NCBI GenBank assembly: GCA_026416125.1
Contig: JAOAFT010000007.1
Span: forward strand, 27,468 to 91,467
DNA: 64,000 bases
From: Bacteroidota bacterium
GTDB lineage: Bacteria; Bacteroidota; Ignavibacteria; UBA10030
Direction: 5' to 3'
Part shown: in pieces, positions 49,329 through 58,607 of the stretch
How the letters are laid out: each line of letters opens with the position of its first letter
How positions within the stretch are numbered: position 1 is the first letter of the stretch
Position numbers and translations under genes: made by a program
The notes under the pieces: generated by a model
Databases searched by the model: none
The model's input: the letters and a program-made list of their open reading frames with translations, nothing else
Told to the model about the DNA's origin: nothing

Positions 49329-50693
49329 GTGGGGGTGTACAGTATGTTATCGAATACATTTAATAAAACACCGTTGTGGTTCATTGTAGTTTTTATAACA
49401 CTACTTGCTATTCTTATTGTAATTTATATGCCGTTTCAAATTCACGTTTTCGATGAGACTGATGTTAAGAAAATATACTACGTTGATAACATATCCCCCG
49501 CACATCAACTTCTTATTAGTCGCTTTAACGAAATGTATAGAGGTTCGATTGAGGTAGTTCCAGTCAATCTTCCATTTCATCAGTTTACAACAAATGATCG
49601 GAAAGAGATTCTCACACGGTCGTTGAGGAGTCGTAGTGATGCAATTGATGTTTTTGCGGTGGATCTGATTTGGATCCCTCGTTTTGCGAAGTGGGCGTAT
49701 CCACTCAATCAGCTAATATCATCTGATGTTCTACCTACAATAAATAGTAATGCACTAAGTGTGTGTTACCAAGATGATAAATTAGTTGCCTTCCCACTAT
49801 TCCTTGACATTGGAATTCTCTATTACCGTTGTGACATTTTATGCACCATACCAGGGGGGAAGGAGTTCGAAAGAAAATTAGTAAATGGTATGACGTGGGA
49901 TGATTTTATTGCTTTTGGGCGAAAGTGGTGGCGGCGCACACAAGCACCATTCTATATTTTTGCTGGTGGTGAATACGAAGGAATGATTTGTTCATTCTAT
50001 GATATGGTTCCAGAATATGAATACCTTTCAATGTTTACGGCGGGGGAGGTAAATCTTTATACACCTCGAGCTCGACGTGCATTGCAACATCTTGTTGATT
50101 GTATTCATAAGCATCGTTTTACACCGATTGAAGTTACAACATTCGATGAGTTTGCAAGTTATCTCTACGCAAATGAACATAATGTACTTTTCTTACGGGG
50201 GTGGGTCGGATTTCATAAGCAATATAAAATGTTTCTAAAGGATACTTCTCACCTTAAGTACTTCGAAATTGCTCCACTCCCACATTTTCAAGGGTGTAAT
50301 ACCTCTACTGTCTTTGGTGGTTGGAGTCTTATGATTTCCAAGCATTCAAACCGTGTTGAAGAGGCATTGAAGTTTATTCAATTTATGTATGAGAAAGAGA
50401 GCCAGGAAATATTGTACAATTACGGTGGGTATTTACCAGTTAACATGGCTGTGTATAGTGATAGTGTCTATATTCGACGGCACCCAGAGCTTAAAAAACT
50501 TCTTTGCTTTATGGCATGGGGACATCACCGACCAATGTTGGAGAACTACACACGAATATCAGAAATTATGGCTCATACATTCCATCGGGCTTTGAAGAAT
50601 GAGTTCTCTGTTGATACAGCGCTTATACGCGCAACACACCAAATCAATGAAGAACGAGTGCTTCTTCGGTCTGAAAAGGAGGAAGTACCATGA
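49329..50693 (+). CDS. Membrane-anchored extracellular solute-binding protein (sugar type)
   Basis: N-terminal TM, DVFAVDLIWIPRFA, AFPLFLDIGILYYR, GEYEGMIC, FLRGW, GGWSLMISKHS; start GTG 49329 or ATG 49344. Confidence 0.85.
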   Translation: MGVYSMLSNTFNKTPLWFIVVFITLLAILIVIYMPFQIHVFDETDVKKIYYVDNISPAHQLLISRFNEMYRGSIEVVPVNLPFHQFTTNDRKEILTRSLRSRSDAIDVFAVDLIWIPRFAKWAYPLNQLISSDVLPTINSNALSVCYQDDKLVAFPLFLDIGILYYRCDILCTIPGGKEFERKLVNGMTWDDFIAFGRKWWRRTQAPFYIFAGGEYEGMICSFYDMVPEYEYLSMFTAGEVNLYTPRARRALQHLVDCIHKHRFTPIEVTTFDEFASYLYANEHNVLFLRGWVGFHKQYKMFLKDTSHLKYFEIAPLPHFQGCNTSTVFGGWSLMISKHSNRVEEALKFIQFMYEKESQEILYNYGGYLPVNMAVYSDSVYIRRHPELKKLLCFMAWGHHRPMLENYTRISEIMAHTFHRALKNEFSVDTALIRATHQINEERVLLRSEKEEVP

Positions 50694-52162
50694 AATCGAA
50701 ACCAAGATTGAAAACATTTCATTTCAATTGGAAACACTTTCTTGTTATTTTTATTGTACTTCTTGCATTTCAAATAGTTATTTCACAGCTCGAGCGAAAT
50801 ACCTTACGAGAGTTACTCTCCGATACGATGGACTGGTACAAGCAAAATTCTGCAGAACAGATTGCGAACTTAACAACAGTATCGATTGAGGTTTTGCTTG
50901 AAAGCGACCCTCTTGGAAGCTCACAGAACAATAATTCTAAGGTTAAAGCACTTGTCCACGCATTGAATAGTATTCTCAAGCAACCGCTTATGAAGCGCAA
51001 TGTGGAAGCAATGTGTATTATTCTCCCACACAAAGATACGTTTATTGCTGTTGACCATGGGAAGGACCTCTATTCATACTTTTTTGAACGTACTATACAC
51101 ACTGCATCACTTGTACCATCGTACCAGTCAGTTGTTGAACAGTATGCTCAACTTCACCACTCAATGATGAAAACAGAACTTATTACAAGTATTCAAGAAG
51201 GTGAAAGCGTATTTCATGTTTTTGTACCGCTTGTCCCCTATGGGGAATATGTTGGTGCTGTATACCTCAGAATTCATCCTGATGTGTCTTCTATTAGTCA
51301 ACAAATTGTTTCAAGCTTCAATAAAACTGTCTTTATTTTTTCTATTCTCATTCTTTTAGGTCTCCTTGCACTTTTCTATCTCTCAACGTATACAATTATG
51401 GAACGAGACGAAGCATGGGAACTATTAGCTCGAGAACGAGAAGAACACGCCCGAGAACAAATAGCTCAGAAAAAAGAACGGTTGTTTACACAGCGTATTT
51501 ACCACACTCATCACAAAGCAGAAAAGGTTATGGGATTCATTAACGAAGATATTGAAAAGCTTGCTCCCTCCAATATTGTGGAGTTAAAGCACAGAATTGC
51601 AAAGTATGCGAATTTCATTGCTCGTGTTATCTACGACATGAAGTGGTACAATCCGCCATTGAGTACAATGCGTGGACCATTCTACAACACAAATTTAAAT
51701 GATGTCCTTCGCTTTATTATTGAAAATATTTTCTTACGTGTTTCATATCCTGTGGGCACAATTCAATTTCAGTACGACCTTGATGATTCACTTCCACCTG
51801 TGAATGTAAATGAGTTTGTTATTTGGGAAATTGTTGAACCTCTCATTCAGAATGCAATCGATCACTCTGGTACCGATCTTGTTGTAATTACAATCCAAAC
51901 GCGTTACAATTCAACTGATCGATGTGGTATAGTGCGTATTCGAGATAATGGAAAAGGGATACGCTCAGACTTACTTGAAAAAGATGAGAATGGAACTAGG
52001 AAACTCTTTTTAGAGCATATAACAACAAAAGGGGAAGACCGCCATTCTGGATATGGATGTTATCTTGCATACGAAGTTGCGAAACGTTGTGGTTGGGACC
52101 TTGATGCATTTAATATGGATGACGGAGGATGTTCTTTTGTGCTTTCAATACAGTACCAGTAA
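50690..52162 (+). CDS. Membrane sensor histidine kinase with atypical H-box
   Basis: Two TM helices flanking a periplasmic domain; LIQNAIDH, IRDNGKGI, ITTK, HSGYGCYLA. Confidence 0.85.
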   Translation: MKSKPRLKTFHFNWKHFLVIFIVLLAFQIVISQLERNTLRELLSDTMDWYKQNSAEQIANLTTVSIEVLLESDPLGSSQNNNSKVKALVHALNSILKQPLMKRNVEAMCIILPHKDTFIAVDHGKDLYSYFFERTIHTASLVPSYQSVVEQYAQLHHSMMKTELITSIQEGESVFHVFVPLVPYGEYVGAVYLRIHPDVSSISQQIVSSFNKTVFIFSILILLGLLALFYLSTYTIMERDEAWELLAREREEHAREQIAQKKERLFTQRIYHTHHKAEKVMGFINEDIEKLAPSNIVELKHRIAKYANFIARVIYDMKWYNPPLSTMRGPFYNTNLNDVLRFIIENIFLRVSYPVGTIQFQYDLDDSLPPVNVNEFVIWEIVEPLIQNAIDHSGTDLVVITIQTRYNSTDRCGIVRIRDNGKGIRSDLLEKDENGTRKLFLEHITTKGEDRHSGYGCYLAYEVAKRCGWDLDAFNMDDGGCSFVLSIQYQ

Positions 52163-52217
52163 TGGTACATTTCTTGCTATAGTTATTATCGAGTACATAG
52201 TACATTGAGGATATACC

Positions 52218-53666
52218 ATGGAAACAAAAGCTCCAATTAACTTACTTGTAATTGAAGATGAATCGTATGACGTACATCGCATAAAGCGGACACTTGAGCC
52301 TTTTAGTGATCGAATTGTGATTCGTGAAGTAGTAGCCGATGGACATAGCGCTGTTACATTCCTTTCAACCCATGAAGATGACATTGATGTTATTATCATG
52401 GATTATCAGATTGCAGGACCACTCACAGGTGAAAACCTTATTCGAAAACTCAAAGCAGTTGATCCAAATGTGCAGATCATTGTTGTAACGAAGATGACTA
52501 TTAATGTGACGAACTATGACTTTGCGAGCCGACTCATTGAGGCTGGAGCAATGTGGTTTTGCACAAAGTATCCTGCAGATATTAAGGAGTTTATTTATCA
52601 ACCAACGGATTTAATACTTTCTATTTTCAATGCCTATGAACAAAAACAGCTAAAGAAGGAAAAACTTACTTCGCGGCGTCAGCTCACACAATCAATAAAT
52701 AACATTCTCCATGAAAAGAAAATTGTTGGAGAATCTCCAGTATTAAAACAACTTCTCAAACATATAGAAAAAGCAGCACAACAAGATGCTACTGTGTTAA
52801 TTTGTGGTGCGTCTGGAACTGGTAAGGAATTGGTTGCTACACATATCCATTACCTTAGTAAGAGAAAGTATGAGAATTTTGTCAGTATCAATGCTGGGAG
52901 TATTCCTGAAGATCTTGTAGAAAGCGAGCTCTTTGGATTTACAAAGGGATCGTTCACTGGTGCAAATACACATAAAAAGGGATTATTTGAAATTGCTCAC
53001 CGAGGAACAATATTCCTCGATGAGATTAGTGAACTACCACTTTCAGCTCAGGTAAAGTTGCTCCGTGTACTCCAAGAAGGAGAAATCGATAAAATTGGTC
53101 GTACAGAGAGCATCAAAGTTGATGTTCGTGTTATAGCTGCCAGCAATGTGGATCTTGAACATGCTGTTCAAGCCAACAAATTTAGAGAGGATCTTTTTTA
53201 TCGTCTCAATGTTATTTACATTTACGTGCCAACACTACGGGAGCGAAAGGAAGATATTCCACTACTTGTTCATTACTTCCTTGAGAAGTACGCTACACAA
53301 ATGGCTCTACCCAAGCCCGATGTCACTGATGAAGCTCTCGATGCTCTCATGGCGTATGAATGGCCTGGCAATATTCGGGAACTCCAGAACATTGTACAAC
53401 GATTACTAATTAGCTGCGAAACAAATATTACAAAGAATGATGTTCATAATATTCTTGGAACGCGACGAATAGGTTCTGTACGTGGACCAGAATTTTGGTT
53501 TGGAGATTCAATTTTACCTTGGAAAGAAATGGAGAACCTCTTTCGTATCCGATATTTTACCTATGTACGAGAAAAGGTCCGTTCTGATTCGGAAGCAGCG
53601 CGGCTTCTTGGGATGGCACCGCCAAATTTCTACCGCCTCTGTCATAAACTTGGCTTGAAGAAATAA
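52218..53666 (+). CDS. Sigma54-dependent response regulator (NtrC family)
   Basis: Receiver (VIED, IMD), GASGTGKE, ESELFG..KGSFTGA, FLDEI, FREDLFYRL, WPGNIRELQN, C-terminal HTH. Confidence 0.95.
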   Translation: METKAPINLLVIEDESYDVHRIKRTLEPFSDRIVIREVVADGHSAVTFLSTHEDDIDVIIMDYQIAGPLTGENLIRKLKAVDPNVQIIVVTKMTINVTNYDFASRLIEAGAMWFCTKYPADIKEFIYQPTDLILSIFNAYEQKQLKKEKLTSRRQLTQSINNILHEKKIVGESPVLKQLLKHIEKAAQQDATVLICGASGTGKELVATHIHYLSKRKYENFVSINAGSIPEDLVESELFGFTKGSFTGANTHKKGLFEIAHRGTIFLDEISELPLSAQVKLLRVLQEGEIDKIGRTESIKVDVRVIAASNVDLEHAVQANKFREDLFYRLNVIYIYVPTLRERKEDIPLLVHYFLEKYATQMALPKPDVTDEALDALMAYEWPGNIRELQNIVQRLLISCETNITKNDVHNILGTRRIGSVRGPEFWFGDSILPWKEMENLFRIRYFTYVREKVRSDSEAARLLGMAPPNFYRLCHKLGLKK

Positions 53667-53751
53667 TGCTTTTTACTCTATAACACCTTTTAGAGTTCCC
53701 TCCAATATTAATTCAAGTTTATCTTTTTTATAAAACTCCAACCGCTCATCT

Positions 53752-53768
53752 TATATCATTTTGATATA
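53752..53768. promoter_or_regulatory. Candidate upstream activator site TATATCA-TTT-TGATATA
   Basis: Perfect 7-3-7 palindrome about 40 bp upstream of the -24 element; degenerate copy at 53718-53734. Confidence 0.55.
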
Positions 53769-53809
53769 GCGAAGGGTACTCCTACATAAAATCTAAAGAA
53801 AACATACAG

Positions 53810-53824
53810 TGGCACGTTTATTGA
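53810..53824 (+). promoter_or_regulatory. Sigma54 (-24/-12) promoter
   Basis: TGGCAC-GTTTA-TTGA matches TGGCAC-N5-TTGC except the last base; lies just downstream of a sigma54 activator gene. Confidence 0.7.
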
Positions 53825-53890
53825 AAAAAGACCGATGTCGAAGGGTTTCTTGTATTTAGTGTCGATGGAATAGTAGGGAAGGGTAGTCCC

Positions 53891-55273
53891 TTGTACTTTT
53901 GGATTGTTGTTGGAATTTTTTTTCTTGCTCTTTTCGTATTTCGGAGTAAAGAAGCAACTTCGGAGAATTATTTTTTTGGGGGAAGAAAAATACACTGGTA
54001 CTTGCTATTGTGTGCATTGTTCTCAATATGGTGGATTCATGCTTTTCTATTAGTACTGTGGTTAAAAGCATTCACAATTTTTACGGTTTGTTCATATCTC
54101 ATTCTCATTCTTTTGTTCTCATATGTTGCAAACATGTTTATAGTACATGGATGTGAAACAGTTGGTGATTTTTTTGGAAAGCGTTTAGGAAATGTTTCAT
54201 GCAGATACTTTATTGCATCGGCAAGTATTCTCCTCTCTGTAATGGTTAAATTGACACTTGTTATCGTGATCGGGAACGCACTGCTAAGTTCAATATTAGA
54301 AGCAGATGCTTACTCAGTACTATTACTTCTTATTGTTACTGTCGGTTTATATGTTGTTGTTGGTGGTTTCGGTGCTGAGTTGTATGCTCAGGCAATCCAT
54401 TCTACAACTATGATGCTCGTTGGTATAGTTGCAACAGTTCTCCTTGTGAGTTGGAACTGGTTCAATGGTATTCAAGCTCTTCCTGCAATATTTCCTGAGT
54501 ATATACCCCTAAACAATTGGAGTACTGTGGTAACAGGTGTTCCTTTCTATGCTCTGTGGAGTTTTCTCGCAGATGGTGGAGCAGTACAAAAAGTTGCTAG
54601 TGCGGGTTCGTTGAGAACATTACGGAAATCTGTACTGATTACCAGTGTTATTCTAGCAATTGTTGGGATAGTACTTATTGGTGGTGGACTTGTAGCACAA
54701 TCCTTCGTTGTGGTGCAAGAAGGTGTTTCTAAATTGCTTTCTTTGTATACGAATGTGACTCTTTTGGTAGTAGTAGCAATAAGCATTATGGGAGCAAGTG
54801 CAACCATTTTTAACAGTGTTGCTGTTTCAATTACATACGATTTTTTTAAGACGATCCATCAAAATAGTTCAGGAAGGACACTTGTACTCGTTGGTCGTGT
54901 TACAACAATTGTTGTCTTAGTATATACAATTATTGTCATGCCATTCATTCTGTTATTTGCTCCATCGTTCTACCCCAATTTACTAACAATGCTTTTTCAT
55001 TGTTCAGCTGTACTGGGAGCGATGCTGTTCTCTTTATTTGTTGTAAGTACAATGACTGCTAAAGGTATTCTTCTTGGAGGAGTAGTTGGTTTAACTATTG
55101 CTCTCATTCGTTTTGTTGTTGTGGTTATAGGTAGTCAAGGTGTTAAAGAATATGTTGCTATTCTCATCAATAGTGGTGAGGGTTCACTGGCGTTATTCCT
55201 CCTCACATTCTGCGTAAGTTTTGTAACATGGAGTGTACAAAGGAAAAAAACTGCAACCAGTGTACATTCATGA
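53891..55273 (+). CDS. Divergent sodium:solute symporter family protein
   Basis: YFFGGRKIHW, FFGKRLG, YVVVGGF.A..Y, VQKVASA, FNSVAVSITYDFF, LVLVGR; start codon uncertain. Confidence 0.75.
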   Translation: MYFWIVVGIFFLALFVFRSKEATSENYFFGGRKIHWYLLLCALFSIWWIHAFLLVLWLKAFTIFTVCSYLILILLFSYVANMFIVHGCETVGDFFGKRLGNVSCRYFIASASILLSVMVKLTLVIVIGNALLSSILEADAYSVLLLLIVTVGLYVVVGGFGAELYAQAIHSTTMMLVGIVATVLLVSWNWFNGIQALPAIFPEYIPLNNWSTVVTGVPFYALWSFLADGGAVQKVASAGSLRTLRKSVLITSVILAIVGIVLIGGGLVAQSFVVVQEGVSKLLSLYTNVTLLVVVAISIMGASATIFNSVAVSITYDFFKTIHQNSSGRTLVLVGRVTTIVVLVYTIIVMPFILLFAPSFYPNLLTMLFHCSAVLGAMLFSLFVVSTMTAKGILLGGVVGLTIALIRFVVVVIGSQGVKEYVAILINSGEGSLALFLLTFCVSFVTWSVQRKKTATSVHS

Positions 55274-55310
55274 GAACTATGAATTAACAACGTGAATTGG
55301 AGATCGACGT

Positions 55311-58300
55311 ATGATAAAACGACGAACGTTGCGTATCTATGGAAGTATTTTCTATGTATTCTTTCTCTATACTGGCATACTAATTGCCGGCACGACAGGA
55401 AAAATAACAGGGAGGGTTGTGGATAAGAATACGAAAGAGCCACTTCCCTCAGTCAATGTCTCTATCAAGGGAACATCGTTAGGAGCATCGACGGATATTG
55501 ATGGCTACTATACAATACTTCATGTTCCCCCAGGAGAATATACACTTGCAGCAAGCTACGTTGGGTATGCGACAGTAACCATTTCGAATGTGCGTGTACG
55601 AGTAGATCAGACAACAGTTGTTGATATAGAGATGGAGGAACAAACAATAGAAACAGCTGGTGTTACAGTGGTTGCGGAGAGGAATATTGTGAAGAAGGAC
55701 GTGTCAACGAGTGTAACATCTGTTCAGCAGGATGAAATACGTTCAATGCCAATTACTGCATTAGATAACATTGTAGGCTTACAAGCGGGTGTAGAAGAAG
55801 GCCTTAAGATTCGAGGTGGTGAAATTAATCAGCTTCTCCTACAACTTGATGGAGCAACACTTCGAGACCCTCGAAACAACCAACCGATCACCTTACTAGC
55901 TCTAAGCGGTATTCAGGAAATTTCGATTGAGAAGGGGGGATTCAATGCAGAGTATGGACAGGTACGTTCAGGAATTGTAAATGTCATCGGACGAGAAGGG
56001 GATGCCAAACAATACTTTGCTTCCGCCACCGTACGGTATAGCCCACCAACACCAAAGCATTTTGGTGTCTCTGTGTATGATCCTAATTCGATGTGGAATC
56101 GTCCCTACCTTGATCCAGAAGTGTGTTGGACAGGAACAGATGGTGAGCCATTTGTTGATCTCGATAGCAACACAGTTTACACACCAGGGGAGCCTTACAC
56201 GGATGTGAATAATGATGGTCGGTGGACTGGATGGGATTATTACACAAAGCGTCAGTATCCAAAGTTTGAAGGATGGAATGCAATTTCACAAGCATTATTA
56301 CAAGATAGTGATCCTACTAATGATTTAACACCAGCGGCTGCGCAACGTGTATGGCAGTGGGAACGTCGACGAAGACCAACAAAAGCACCAGATTATGACA
56401 TTGATGCCGGTTTTGGTGGCCCAATACCATATATTGGGAAATCACTTGGAAACCTTCGTTTCTTTACAACATACCGTTTTCTCCGCGAAATGTTACTGAT
56501 TCCTCTCTCACGCGATGATTACAGAGAGGAAGCATGGTCGTTTAAACTTAACTCTGATGTTGCAAGTGGTGTTACACTGATGATGAATGTTGGCGCTGGG
56601 AGAACATACAACGTTGCAATCAATGCAGATGACCGTCAATTCAATAACCCAGCATGGGGTATTAACGGTGTTCAGTTTTGGGATCCAACAGATTATATGC
56701 GTACTCCATATCAAATTGCAGAAATAACGAATGAGCAACGGCCATCTCGTATTTTTACAAATTCGTGGTATAGTGAAGCACTCGTTGATCATCGTACGGT
56801 GAGTGCAAAGTTGACACATGCTCTAAGCCCAAAAACATTCTACGAAATAGGATTTGAACACGTTCACAGAAAGTATAAAACAGGACCAATACGTCGTCGA
56901 AATTTAGCAAAAGTCTACGAGGTGGTACCATGGTATTTCGTTGATGAAGCACCATTCGGTTGGGATCCAACACCTACTTCTGGATTAACGGGAATGTTTT
57001 TTGGTGGACATTCAGCAACTGCACGAGATTCAAGTAAGGTGAGTTCGTACTTACTGAAGGCAAATATTACAAGTCAAGTCTCACTTGAGCACCTTGTGAA
57101 GGCTGGCATTGAAGTAACATTCTATAACCTCAATCTCGACTATGGTTTGGTGAATCCATTTTTCAGTGATGTGAATTACGTGAAAGAACGATGGAAGCCA
57201 TACCAAATTTCAGCATATATCCAGGATAAAATCGAAGCGTATGGCTTTGTGGCTAATATTGGTCTCCGAATGGATGTGAGCAATCCTAATACGGAATGGT
57301 ATGACATTATTGAAAATTATGATAAGGATTTTTATGCATACTACGATCCAGCAAAAAATTACCCGAAGAAACGAGTTAAATCAGATATTTCATTCAGTCC
57401 AAGATTAGGAATATCGCATCCTATTACCGAGAATTCAAAACTCTACTTCAACTACGGACACTTTAAGCAAATGCCAGAGTATGAAGAAATCTTTCGCTTA
57501 GGACGCGATTTGCTTTCGAGGAAAATTCGAAATATTGGTGATCCAACTTTGAAGCAAGCAAAAACAATTTCCTACGAGTTGGGGTACGATCAAGCGCTTT
57601 TTTCAATGTTTCTGCTACAAGTTGCTGCATTCTACAATGATATAACAAACGAACAATCATATACAAATTATGTAAGCGACTATGCAAATTATTTCAAAGC
57701 TAATAACAACAGTTACCGCGATATCCGTGGATTTGAAGTAACACTCCGAAAGTCAGACGGTGACTGGGTACGAGGATTCATTAATTATACATACCAAGTA
57801 CAAACGCAGGGAAGCTTCGGAAAACAAACAATCTACGAAAGTATTAGCGATCAACGTGACTACGACCGTAATACACAACTAGCATATCAACAGAAGCCTA
57901 CACCACAACCACGTGCAAACTGTGGGTTGACGATCTTTACACCGAATACACTCACACCACAACTCTTGCTCGCTGGATGGAGTATGAACATTCTTGCAAT
58001 GTGGCGAGCAGGGGAGTGGATTAACTACAATCCGAAGAATGCCCCAGAGTATGGTACAATTATTCAAAACGTTCAAACGACAGACTACTACAATGTTGAT
58101 ATGCGAATCAATAAAACAGTGTCGCTTAATTCGGTAGAATGTACATTTTTTGTTGACATTAAGAATCTTTTTAACTTCAAACGTCTCTCTGGTGCAAGTT
58201 TTTACGATATTCATGACCAACGTTATTACCTTGAATCCTTACATCTTCCTAAAAGCACGGCATACGATAATATACCAGGAAACGATCGCATCGGCGATGT

Positions 58301-58580
58301 TCGAAAGGGAGGTGTACCGTATCAACCGATAGAGCAGGTAACGAATGTGTATAGTCTCTCTCAACGGAACATTATACCCGGCACAATTTACTACGATAAA
58401 TCGACCAAAAAGTACATGGAATATGATTACACAACGAAAACATGGAACGAAGTAAATCATGCACGGATGAAAAAGATATTAGATGATAAGGCATATATCG
58501 ACATGCCAAATAATAGTTCATTTGATTTTCTAAACCCACGACAGGTGTTTTTCGGTGTTACTGTGTCTGTGAAGTTTTAA
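55311..58580 (+). CDS. TonB-dependent receptor with N-terminal carboxypeptidase-regulatory-like domain
   Basis: AGTTGKITGRVVD, plug motifs IRGG and GGFNAEYG...SGIVNV, FSPRLGISHPI, C-terminal PRQVFFGVTVSVKF. Confidence 0.92.
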   Translation: MIKRRTLRIYGSIFYVFFLYTGILIAGTTGKITGRVVDKNTKEPLPSVNVSIKGTSLGASTDIDGYYTILHVPPGEYTLAASYVGYATVTISNVRVRVDQTTVVDIEMEEQTIETAGVTVVAERNIVKKDVSTSVTSVQQDEIRSMPITALDNIVGLQAGVEEGLKIRGGEINQLLLQLDGATLRDPRNNQPITLLALSGIQEISIEKGGFNAEYGQVRSGIVNVIGREGDAKQYFASATVRYSPPTPKHFGVSVYDPNSMWNRPYLDPEVCWTGTDGEPFVDLDSNTVYTPGEPYTDVNNDGRWTGWDYYTKRQYPKFEGWNAISQALLQDSDPTNDLTPAAAQRVWQWERRRRPTKAPDYDIDAGFGGPIPYIGKSLGNLRFFTTYRFLREMLLIPLSRDDYREEAWSFKLNSDVASGVTLMMNVGAGRTYNVAINADDRQFNNPAWGINGVQFWDPTDYMRTPYQIAEITNEQRPSRIFTNSWYSEALVDHRTVSAKLTHALSPKTFYEIGFEHVHRKYKTGPIRRRNLAKVYEVVPWYFVDEAPFGWDPTPTSGLTGMFFGGHSATARDSSKVSSYLLKANITSQVSLEHLVKAGIEVTFYNLNLDYGLVNPFFSDVNYVKERWKPYQISAYIQDKIEAYGFVANIGLRMDVSNPNTEWYDIIENYDKDFYAYYDPAKNYPKKRVKSDISFSPRLGISHPITENSKLYFNYGHFKQMPEYEEIFRLGRDLLSRKIRNIGDPTLKQAKTISYELGYDQALFSMFLLQVAAFYNDITNEQSYTNYVSDYANYFKANNNSYRDIRGFEVTLRKSDGDWVRGFINYTYQVQTQGSFGKQTIYESISDQRDYDRNTQLAYQQKPTPQPRANCGLTIFTPNTLTPQLLLAGWSMNILAMWRAGEWINYNPKNAPEYGTIIQNVQTTDYYNVDMRINKTVSLNSVECTFFVDIKNLFNFKRLSGASFYDIHDQRYYLESLHLPKSTAYDNIPGNDRIGDVRKGGVPYQPIEQVTNVYSLSQRNIIPGTIYYDKSTKKYMEYDYTTKTWNEVNHARMKKILDDKAYIDMPNNSSFDFLNPRQVFFGVTVSVKF

Positions 58581-58607
58581 CGATAATGATCAAGAAGGGA
58601 TAAACGT

